Shown: piece after piece, positions 7,733 through 16,023 of the stretch
Layout: each line of letters starts with the position of its first letter
Numbering within the stretch: the stretch's first letter is position 1
Source of the DNA: Candidatus Eiseniibacteriota bacterium
GTDB taxonomy: Bacteria; Eisenbacteria; RBG-16-71-46
Reading direction: 5' to 3'
Length of the DNA stretch: 27,325 nucleotides
Assembly (NCBI GenBank): GCA_031364845.1
Contig: JANLWX010000196.1
Coordinates: 1-27,325, forward strand
Made by a program: the position numbers and the translations under genes
The notes under the pieces: generated by a model
Told to the model about the DNA's origin: nothing
Seen by the model: the letters and a program-made list of their open reading frames with translations, nothing else
The model's database searches: none

Positions 7733-9208
7733 CTAGTTCTTGAGGTTGCCGAGCGGCCGCAGGCGCACGGTCGGTTTCACCACGCGGTTGCGCTCGAGGC
7801 ACTCCATCACGAGATCGATCGGCTCGGCCGAGCGCATCGGAACCTCCGAGCGCCGCACGATCTCCGCGTTCTTGCCGCGCGACATCTTGAGCCGCAGCAC
7901 CGAACCCGCTTCCTCGCCGAGACGGTCGTGTTCGCGGAAGTGCTCGATCAGATTGCCGGCGCCGTGATCATAGGAGGACAGGCGCTGCTCGTCGCCTCCG
8001 TCGAGACCGATGCCGAGGTACGACGCCACATCATACGAGCCGGCCACGATCGCGGGGCCTCCCGGCGTGAGCCGGCAGGCGTTGTGGCGCGCCACCCATC
8101 CGTGGCGGCCGCCCCACGTCTCTTCGTTGATGCCGTTGTGCGGAATGTCGCACAGCAGCTCGGACTTCACGTTCGGTGAGATCGCCTCGTTCAAGCCGTC
8201 CATGATCGCGCGCACGGTGCCGAGCCGGTAGGCGTAGCCGAAGTTGAGCGCCATCGCGAGCGCGCGGCGGAACAGCTGCCCTTCCTCGGAGCGCACCGGG
8301 AACGGCGTCCAGCGGTTCTGGCGGAAGTGCATCGCCCACGCGCGGGCCGGGTTCGTGCGGCCGAAGCGCTGCACGAAGTGGAAGAACAGCTTCGACATGA
8401 AGAACATCGGGACGCGATGCGACTTGAGCTTGGTGCGGCGCGAATAGTGGTGGAGCAGCGTGCCCGAGAACGGTCCGGGTCCGAGGTGGTACATCACGAC
8501 CACCTGTCCCTCGCGCAGTCCCCACGTGTTCGCGGAGGAATCGAGCACCTTGTCGACGACCTGCACTTCGAGGAAATGGTTGCCGCCGAAGTTGAGTCCC
8601 ATCTCGGAGCGGCTGAAGCGCGTGGTGAGCAGGTGGATCGGAACCACCTCCTCCGCATCGACCTCGTCCGCGCCGCGCACGACGCCGCCGTTTTCCATGC
8701 GCCCGACGGTTTCCTCGGAGAAGCCGTAACGGCCGGTGAGGCCGTGGCCGCCTTCGACCAGCACGCGCCGCAGTTCGTCGGTCGTGATGCTGTAGCGGTT
8801 GCCGTCGAACGGATGCGCCGCGGAGTTCGCGTTGACCTTGGTGAAGAACGCCGTCAGCCGCTCGGCCGTGAGCCCCGACGCATCGATGTCGGTGACGACC
8901 ACGCCCATGCCGTCGTTGACCGCGGCCGAGGTGAACTCGGGCACGATCACGTCGCGCGTGGTGACCGCGATGCTGGACGGAATCTCCATCATCTCCTTCT
9001 GGTGCACGTCCGGCAGCGCCAGGATCTCATCGACGTACGGGAGTTGCGCCATCTCGGCGAGCGAGCGGTCGATGAGCTCGTTGTTCTCGATCCCGAGCGA
9101 CAGGGACTTAAGCTTCGAATTCGGTTCCACGATCCGTCCCGCCGGCGCCGAACGTGATCCGGTCCGATCCGAAACGTTGCCCAACACCGAAAGCCCCGAG
9201 TGCGACAT
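7733..9208 (-). CDS. Divergent RtcB-family protein (RNA 3'-phosphate ligase fold, 491 aa)
   Basis: Ordered RtcB motifs: LPDVH, GGNHFLEVQVV, VMYHLG, DIPHN, PAIVAGSY, DHGAG and C-terminal RLRPLGNLK. GAGGAG RBS upstream. Confidence 0.88.
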   Translation of the reverse strand: MSHSGLSVLGNVSDRTGSRSAPAGRIVEPNSKLKSLSLGIENNELIDRSLAEMAQLPYVDEILALPDVHQKEMMEIPSSIAVTTRDVIVPEFTSAAVNDGMGVVVTDIDASGLTAERLTAFFTKVNANSAAHPFDGNRYSITTDELRRVLVEGGHGLTGRYGFSEETVGRMENGGVVRGADEVDAEEVVPIHLLTTRFSRSEMGLNFGGNHFLEVQVVDKVLDSSANTWGLREGQVVVMYHLGPGPFSGTLLHHYSRRTKLKSHRVPMFFMSKLFFHFVQRFGRTNPARAWAMHFRQNRWTPFPVRSEEGQLFRRALAMALNFGYAYRLGTVRAIMDGLNEAISPNVKSELLCDIPHNGINEETWGGRHGWVARHNACRLTPGGPAIVAGSYDVASYLGIGLDGGDEQRLSSYDHGAGNLIEHFREHDRLGEEAGSVLRLKMSRGKNAEIVRRSEVPMRSAEPIDLVMECLERNRVVKPTVRLRPLGNLKN

Positions 9209-9226
9209 CTGGAGTGGCTCCTCTGA

Positions 9227-10756
9227 TTACGATCGAGGTCCGGCGGGCCGTGCGGCCGCCATTCCCGGAATACCGAACGACGCGAGCATGCCGCGCATCA
9301 GCCGCAGCTCGTCCGGCGTGAACGCCCGCACCAGGAACAGCAGTGCGACGTAACTGAACGCCCCTCCCACGACCACGACCGCGAGCGGCGTGGCGCGCAA
9401 CGCCCACACCACGGCCGCCATGCCGGCGGCCGCGAGCGCGGGCCGCACGACGTAACCGAACAGCTGAGCGACCGGGACGTACTTCGACAGTGCGATCTGG
9501 CACATCACGAGGATCGCGATCTCACCCGCGAGCAGCGCGTAGCAGGCGCCGGCGAAACCCTGCCCCGGAATCAGCAGCGCGCCGATGCCGACGTTGGCGA
9601 CGAGCCCCACGATCACGGCCTTCAGGTACACCTTCTGCAGATCGATCGCGGCGAGCACGTAGCGGGACATGAGGTTGATGAAGATGAACGCGAGCCCGAG
9701 ACTCATGAGCTTGAGCGTGAAGCCCGCCCGCGCGAAGTCCGCGCCCTTGAACAGCAGCGGAATGACGCGTTCGGAAAGCATGAACAGTCCGACCATGAGC
9801 GGCAGCGTGACCACCAGCTGATACTTGGACGTGCGCCGCAGCGCCGAGGCGAGCGCGTCGTGTCCGCGCTGGGCGCGGCGCGCGAGTGCCGGAAACGCAG
9901 CCATGCTGAGCGCGGTCGAAATGAAGCCGAGCGGCTGCGACAGCATGTAGCCGACGTTGAACAACGCGACATCGGTCTTGCTCGCGAGCGCCTGCAGCAT
10001 CAGCACACCGATGCGGCCGTACAGCACCACCACGAACATCGCGAGACCGAACGGCAGCGCCTGCAGCACGAACGCCTTCAAGCGCGGCCAGTCGGGCTCG
10101 AACACCGGACGGTAGAACTGCCGCCGCACCATCCACACGCCGATCCCCACGCGCAGCAGGAACGCGGCGAGCGCGCACGAGACCAGCCACGTCAGCGAGA
10201 CCTTCATTCCAATGCCGACCCAGATCAGGCCGAACCACACGACATGATTCAGCAACTGCAGCCCCGCCTCGAGGTCGAGGCGCTCGTGGGCGCGCAGGAT
10301 CCACACCGAGACGTCCTGGCTGAAGTCGATCAGCGCGGTCGCGCACACCACGGTGATCAGCGCTGCCTTGAGCGGATCGAACATGACCCATGCCGATCCC
10401 GCCACGCCGACCAGGATCACGACCGAGATCGCACCCTTGATCATGAGCGCATCGCCGTAGTACCGCGGTCCCATCAGGCGGTCTCGCGCGATCGACTTGG
10501 TGATCATCACGCCGGCCCCAAGATCGCCGAGGCTTCCGATCAGCGGGATGAGCGCGTAGTAGTAGACGTACTCGCCGTATCCGACCGCGCTGAGATAGTT
10601 GCCGAGCATCACCATCTTGGCGACGTTGATGAGCGCGATGAGGACCTGCGCCACCATGCGGAACGAGAAGTTCTTGCCGATGCGCGCTGCAGTGCTCGAC
10701 GACATGCCGGCGGACATCACCGGCGGTCCCGACTCCGCGGGGATCGGCTCGCTCAC
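9227..10756 (-). CDS. wzx: Wzx flippase (MOP/PST family)
   Basis: 509 aa, about 12-14 hydrophobic segments, KNFSF..AQ / YG.Y.Y / DLG..V...K.IAR N-terminal pattern; GTGA overlap with the upstream GT stop. Confidence 0.9.
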   Translation of the reverse strand: MSEPIPAESGPPVMSAGMSSSTAARIGKNFSFRMVAQVLIALINVAKMVMLGNYLSAVGYGEYVYYYALIPLIGSLGDLGAGVMITKSIARDRLMGPRYYGDALMIKGAISVVILVGVAGSAWVMFDPLKAALITVVCATALIDFSQDVSVWILRAHERLDLEAGLQLLNHVVWFGLIWVGIGMKVSLTWLVSCALAAFLLRVGIGVWMVRRQFYRPVFEPDWPRLKAFVLQALPFGLAMFVVVLYGRIGVLMLQALASKTDVALFNVGYMLSQPLGFISTALSMAAFPALARRAQRGHDALASALRRTSKYQLVVTLPLMVGLFMLSERVIPLLFKGADFARAGFTLKLMSLGLAFIFINLMSRYVLAAIDLQKVYLKAVIVGLVANVGIGALLIPGQGFAGACYALLAGEIAILVMCQIALSKYVPVAQLFGYVVRPALAAAGMAAVVWALRATPLAVVVVGGAFSYVALLFLVRAFTPDELRLMRGMLASFGIPGMAAARPAGPRS

Positions 10757-11946
10757 GGCTTCACCGCGTGCGACAACACCGCCTGGGCGGCCACACCTTT
10801 GGTACGCAGCGTCTGGCGATAGACGGTCGCCAGCGACTCGACGATCTGAGCTTCGTCGAACTCGGCGAGCACGACTTCGCGCCCGCGCCGGCCGAGCTTC
10901 GTGCGCAGTTCAGGATCCGCCGCGAGCCGCGCGAGCTTCTCGGTCAGTGCGTCCGCGTCGCCGTACTCGATGAGATAGCCGGTCTCGCCGTCGCGCACCG
11001 TCTCCTCGGTCCCGACCACGCGCGTGCCGATCACCGGCAGCTCCATGGCCATCGCCTCGAGCAGCGCCCGCGGGATGCCTTCCTTGACCGAGGTCAGCAC
11101 CGAGACGTCGGCCTGCGCCAGCAGCGCCGGAACATCGTCGCGGTAGCCGAGGAACTCGACGCGATCAGCGATGCCCATGGATTCGCACAGCGCCTGGTAA
11201 TCCGCCTTGAGCTCACCATCGCCCACCAGCCACAGGCGCGTGGCGATGCCGCGTTCCTTCAGCTGCTTCACCGACTCGAACAGCTGCGGATGGTTCTTCA
11301 CCGGCTCGAGCCGGGCGGTGCAGATGATGGTGAGCGCACCGTCGGGTGACGCGGCGCGCGGCATCGGATGGAACTGATCGACGTTGATGCCGTTGCCGAT
11401 GAAGCGCAGCCGCTCGGGCGGCACCAGCCCGTAGCGGCCCGCGAGATCGAGGTCGGTGCGGTTCTGGCTCAGCAGCATGTCGGTGAACATCCCGCACAAC
11501 TTCTCGGCGAGCGTGTAGAGATTCCGCATGATCGGATTCCACCGGTCGTGCACGTGCAGGCCATGGATCGTGTGGATGATGACCGGAACCCCCGCGAGCC
11601 GGGCGGCGACGCGCCCGAGGATGCCGGGCATCGAGCAGTGCGTGTGCACCAGGTCGATGCGCTCGCGGCGCAGGTACGCGGCCATCTCGAACGTCGCCAG
11701 CAGCATGCGCAGCGGATTCACGCCGCGCGGCATGCCGGCGGTCTCGACCGGGATGCCTTTGTCGCGCAACGGGCGGACATAGGGTCCGTCGATGCAGATG
11801 ATCCGGTTGTCGACGCCGCGGGCGCGCATCGACAGGACGCGGTTCTTGAGCAGCGTGTTCGCCGACGAACTCAGATTGATGATGTCCACCAGCCGCACGG
11901 CCTCACGGGCCACGGTGGCGGGCTGGGAACTGGTCGGTTCGGTCAT
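10753..11946 (-). CDS. Glycosyltransferase family 4 (GT-B, retaining), 397 aa
   Basis: DLVHTH, HTIHG, IGNGIN, ARLEPVKNH, EGIPRALLEAMA (EX7E). Start moved to ATG 11946. Confidence 0.93.
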   Translation of the reverse strand: MTEPTSSQPATVAREAVRLVDIINLSSSANTLLKNRVLSMRARGVDNRIICIDGPYVRPLRDKGIPVETAGMPRGVNPLRMLLATFEMAAYLRRERIDLVHTHCSMPGILGRVAARLAGVPVIIHTIHGLHVHDRWNPIMRNLYTLAEKLCGMFTDMLLSQNRTDLDLAGRYGLVPPERLRFIGNGINVDQFHPMPRAASPDGALTIICTARLEPVKNHPQLFESVKQLKERGIATRLWLVGDGELKADYQALCESMGIADRVEFLGYRDDVPALLAQADVSVLTSVKEGIPRALLEAMAMELPVIGTRVVGTEETVRDGETGYLIEYGDADALTEKLARLAADPELRTKLGRRGREVVLAEFDEAQIVESLATVYRQTLRTKGVAAQAVLSHAVKP

Positions 11947-12247
11947 CCGTTGACGATCCTGACTTCGATGGGTGGAGTGCCGGCCAGAGCCGGATTCCTC
12001 GAGTAATGGACTCAAGGCCCTGCCTCGCGGGACACGACCTTCGATGCAAGCGGAGCGACTTCGCGCGGACCCGAGGGAGGGCCGTACACGCAAGGGCCCC
12101 TCGACCAAGCAAGAAGCATAGCAGGACGCAGGACGTCGATTATCAGCGGTTCTGCAAGGATTGGCGCGGAATTCACCCCAACGCCCGGGCAGGTTGCACG
12201 GATGGAATCGTAAAATGCCCCGACGATTCCCGACGCCGATCCGGCGT

Positions 12248-13594
12248 TCAGGACCTGCGGACGCGGGGGGACGTGATCTCGGGCTCGGCGTTCTCTCCGC
12301 GCCCCATCCGCACGCTCAGCGCGCACAGGAGGGCGAGGAAGAACCAGAAGTGCCTGAAGTGGAGCTTCTCGACCGTGAACGAGTGGATCGAGCTGGCGAC
12401 AATGCCCGCGATCAGCGCGGCGGTCCAGGTGCCCGCGATCCCCGCGCGCCACCGCGATCCGGGTGCCGACGACCATGCCCGCCACGGCCGCTGGATCGCG
12501 GCCCAGATCATGACCAGCAGCGCGATGAGCGCGAACGGCCCGCGCTCGACGGCATAGCCGAGATAATCGTTGTGCGCTTCCTTGCCGTAGTAGGAATCGG
12601 CGCGCTCGCGGGTCGCGATCGAGAGCTGGAGGAACTTGCTGTTGCCGGGCCCGATGCCGAGCGGCGACTGCTCGTAGCGCTGGCGCAGCTGGCCCCAGAT
12701 GCGCAGGCGGCTCTCGGAACTCTTCCCAAAGCGTCCGGCCACGGTCTGGCTCGCCGCAACATCCAATCCGCGCTCGCCGACGCCGAAGCCTTTGACCACC
12801 CACACCCCGAGCGCGCCGAGCCCCGTGACGACCAGCACCGCCGCGACCAGCGTGAGCCTGGAGGCGCGCCGCGTGAGGGCGCGCACGATGAACCACGCCC
12901 CGAGCCCGCCGACCAGCGCCAGCATGCCGCCGAGCGACTTGGACGCGACGATCCCGAGCAGGATCGCTCCGATCGCGGGCCACCGCACCACACGGCTCAC
13001 TTCGCCGCTCAGGCTCGCGATGACGAAGAAGCTCAGCACGAGATAGTCGGAATAGATGTTGGCGTTGCCGAACGTCGCCGCCGCGCGCTCACCCCTGGGG
13101 CTGAACAGGTCCGAGAATCCGTAGCCCTGGGACATCAGCGCCACGACGCCGTAGAGAGAGATCGCCACCGACACCCACATCCACGCGATGCGCACCGCGC
13201 GCAGATCGTCGTGGGCGCCAAGCACGTTGACGAGCATCACGAACCACAGGAACAGATACGCGTCCTGCGCGATCGTGAACAGACTCTGAGAGGGTGAGCT
13301 GGCGTTGGTGATCGCGAGCAGGCTCGCCGCCGAGATCACGAACACGGGAATCAGGAACGGCACGGAGATCGCGGGTCGCCGCGCGAGCGCCATGATCGCG
13401 AACGCGGCGAGTGCCACCATGTTGAACACGTCGGCGATCGCGAGCTGTCCCGGGCCGATCGGGGCCACGAACGGGATCAGCACGACCGTGAGGATCAGAT
13501 ACAGGTGCCACATGCGCCCGCTCGCGGCGGCTTCGGGAATCGCGCGCTCGGAAGGAGCGATGGCGGGACGGACACTCGGCGCGTGGGCGCTCAT
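12248..13594 (-). CDS. wzy: O-antigen ligase/Wzy_C family protein, likely the polymerase
   Basis: Multi-TM protein with RAAATFGNAN, SRLRIW, LGIGPGN and AHNDYL motifs; ATGA overlap with the upstream gene. Confidence 0.82.
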   Translation of the reverse strand: MSAHAPSVRPAIAPSERAIPEAAASGRMWHLYLILTVVLIPFVAPIGPGQLAIADVFNMVALAAFAIMALARRPAISVPFLIPVFVISAASLLAITNASSPSQSLFTIAQDAYLFLWFVMLVNVLGAHDDLRAVRIAWMWVSVAISLYGVVALMSQGYGFSDLFSPRGERAAATFGNANIYSDYLVLSFFVIASLSGEVSRVVRWPAIGAILLGIVASKSLGGMLALVGGLGAWFIVRALTRRASRLTLVAAVLVVTGLGALGVWVVKGFGVGERGLDVAASQTVAGRFGKSSESRLRIWGQLRQRYEQSPLGIGPGNSKFLQLSIATRERADSYYGKEAHNDYLGYAVERGPFALIALLVMIWAAIQRPWRAWSSAPGSRWRAGIAGTWTAALIAGIVASSIHSFTVEKLHFRHFWFFLALLCALSVRMGRGENAEPEITSPRVRRS

Positions 13595-16023
13595 GACATC
13601 TCCCCCGCGCCCGGGCGCGAACGTTCATCGGGAACCATGACCGGCACGACTCGGATCCGATCCTCGAGTGTGGCGAGCAGCGTGCGCAGTTCGTCGCGGC
13701 CCTCGGCGCCGGCGCTGCCGTTGGCGGCCATGAGAATCTTCGGATGCGGCGTCTTCCACACCTTCTCGTGGTCGTTGAACAAAGTCTCGAACAGCCGCTC
13801 GCCGGGACGCAGCCCCGTGAACACGATGTCGATGTCGCGGCCCGGATGCAGTCCGTGGAGACGCGCGAGGTTCTTCGCGAGATCGAGAATGCGCACCGGT
13901 TTCCCCATGTCGAGCACGAATATTTCTCCCCCGGCCCCGAGCGTTCCCGCGTGAAGGATGAGTTGTACCGCTTCCGGCACCGTCATGAACAGGCGCGTGA
14001 CGTCGGCGTGCGTCACGGTGATCGGACCGCCCTTTTCGATCTGCTCGCGGAACAGCGGCACCACGCTGCCGCTCGAATCGAGCACGTTGCCGAACCGCAC
14101 CACCATGTAGCGCGGCTGGCCCGGGCCGTTCATGCCGAGCACGGTCAGCTCCGCGATCCGCTTGGTGAGGCCCATGGTGCTCACCGGCTCGACCGCCTTG
14201 TCGGTCGAGATCAGGACGAAGACCTCGGCTCCGGCGCGCGCGGCGGCTTCGGCCACCACGCGGGTGCCGATGATGTTGGTCTTGTGCGCCTCCGACGGAT
14301 GATGCTCCATCATCGGCACGTGCTTGTAGGCGGCGGCGTGGAACACGACCTGTGGCCGCGTGGCACTCATGACCTCGGCCACGCGCGTGGCGTCGGTGAT
14401 GTCGCCGATTACCGGAACGATCTCGAGCTCGGGCAGCACGGCCCGCAGCTCACGGTCGATGAAGAACAGGCTGGCTTCGTGCTTCTCGAACAGCACCACG
14501 CGCGACGGGCGCAGGGTCGCGATCTGACGGCAGATCTCGGAGCCGATCGATCCGCCGGCGCCGGTGATCATCACGCGGCGTCCGGCATAGGACTTGGCGA
14601 GTCCTTCCGGATTGGCCGCGATCGGCTCGCGGCACAGCAGGTCTTCGGGCAGGAGGCCGTGCGGGGCTGCGGCAACTCCGACGCCGGTCACCAGCGCCTG
14701 GAGATCCGGGATCGCGCGCACCGGCTTTTCGAATACGGCGGCGACTTTCAGGATCAGGCGCACGCCTTCGTCGGTTTCGCCCGCGATCAGGATCTCGTCG
14801 GGATCTTCGCGCCGGATCACCTCGGCGAGCTTCGACTGATCTCCCAGCACCGGAACGCCGTGCAGCGTCGTGCCGCGGCGATCGGGTGTGCGCTCGAGCA
14901 CGCCGATCACCGAGTAGCCCGACTGAGTCTCGCCGGCCATGGTCCGCAACACGCGGTCGGCCACATCGCCCGAGGCGATCAAGACGCCGCGCCGGGTGCG
15001 AGGGATCTCGGTGCGCAGCCGGCTCTGCCCGCGCCGCGCGATGCGCAGCGCGCCGAGGGCGACCACGCTCAGCATCAGGTCGATCACGATCACGCCGCGC
15101 GAGTATCCGGCACCCTGCGGAACGAACGCGAGCAGCGCCGCGAAGGCGATCGTACTTGCAAAGGCGGCGAGACCCGTGCGCATCAGCTCATCGGTGCCGG
15201 CGTAGCGCCACAGCGTCCGGTGCAGCCCGCTGGCCTGGAGGGCCAGGAGACGCAGCACCAGCAGCCACGGCAACATCGCCAGGCATCGCTGCCACTCGGC
15301 GTCCGGCACGCGCGGCTCGAAGCGGAGCACGAACGCCGCCGCGTTGGCTAGCGCGAACACCGCCGCGTGGATTGCGATCGAAAGCAGCATGCGGAAGCGG
15401 CCGAGCTTATCCGCGGTCCGGTCCGCAGCCGACTTGGGATACACGAGCACGACCAGCGTGGTCATGATGAGGCCGAGGTCGTAGATCAGCGACGAGCGGC
15501 GCACGTAGTCCTTCGCCATGCGGATCTTGTCCGGCAGCACCACGGTTTCGTAATAGCTCTCGGGATCCTTCGCGCGCGCGAGCATGCCCGATTCGTCGCG
15601 ATAGACGATCGAGGCGAGATCGGTGATGCCGGGGCGCACCTTGAGGACCTCGGCGTAGTCCTCGGGATACACGTCGACGTAGCGTTTGATCTCGGGACGC
15701 GGGCCGACGAAGCTCATGTCTCCGCGCAGCACGTTGAACAGCTGCGGGAGCTCGTCGAGCTTGGACTTGCGCAGGAACTTGCCGACCGGCGTGACGCGCG
15801 CGTCGTTGCCGATCGTCACACCGGGCCCGAGCCTGGGGGCGTCGACGACCATGGTGCGGAACTTGAGGATGTTGAACAGCCGCATTCCCTGTCCGACGCG
15901 CTTCTGCTTGAACAGGACGGGGCCGTCGCCCCCCATTTTGATCAGGAGAGCGACGACCCCCATCACCGGCAGAAGAACCGTGATCCCGAACGCCGAGACC
16001 ACGATGTCGAACAGCCGTTTCAT
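13591..16023 (-). CDS. Fusion of monotopic phosphoglycosyltransferase (PglC/WbgY-like, about aa 1-195) and membrane-bound UDP-HexNAc 4,6-dehydratase (PglF/CapD/WbpM-like)
   Basis: N-terminal MKRLFD, KFRTM, LDELPQLFNVLRGDMSFVGPRP; then TM helices and ITGAGGSIGSE, HAAAYKHVP, STDKAV, MGLTK, RFGNVLDSSGSVVP, GLRPGE in one 810-aa ORF. Confidence 0.92.
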   Translation of the reverse strand: MKRLFDIVVSAFGITVLLPVMGVVALLIKMGGDGPVLFKQKRVGQGMRLFNILKFRTMVVDAPRLGPGVTIGNDARVTPVGKFLRKSKLDELPQLFNVLRGDMSFVGPRPEIKRYVDVYPEDYAEVLKVRPGITDLASIVYRDESGMLARAKDPESYYETVVLPDKIRMAKDYVRRSSLIYDLGLIMTTLVVLVYPKSAADRTADKLGRFRMLLSIAIHAAVFALANAAAFVLRFEPRVPDAEWQRCLAMLPWLLVLRLLALQASGLHRTLWRYAGTDELMRTGLAAFASTIAFAALLAFVPQGAGYSRGVIVIDLMLSVVALGALRIARRGQSRLRTEIPRTRRGVLIASGDVADRVLRTMAGETQSGYSVIGVLERTPDRRGTTLHGVPVLGDQSKLAEVIRREDPDEILIAGETDEGVRLILKVAAVFEKPVRAIPDLQALVTGVGVAAAPHGLLPEDLLCREPIAANPEGLAKSYAGRRVMITGAGGSIGSEICRQIATLRPSRVVLFEKHEASLFFIDRELRAVLPELEIVPVIGDITDATRVAEVMSATRPQVVFHAAAYKHVPMMEHHPSEAHKTNIIGTRVVAEAAARAGAEVFVLISTDKAVEPVSTMGLTKRIAELTVLGMNGPGQPRYMVVRFGNVLDSSGSVVPLFREQIEKGGPITVTHADVTRLFMTVPEAVQLILHAGTLGAGGEIFVLDMGKPVRILDLAKNLARLHGLHPGRDIDIVFTGLRPGERLFETLFNDHEKVWKTPHPKILMAANGSAGAEGRDELRTLLATLEDRIRVVPVMVPDERSRPGAGEMS

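Noticed and set aside
7733..9208. Reading the RtcB homolog as an ordinary RNA-repair rtcB
   Set aside because: No rtcA, rtcR, archease or Ro/TROVE neighbours, and the key Asp/Cys metal motif is altered; not formally excluded without an assay.
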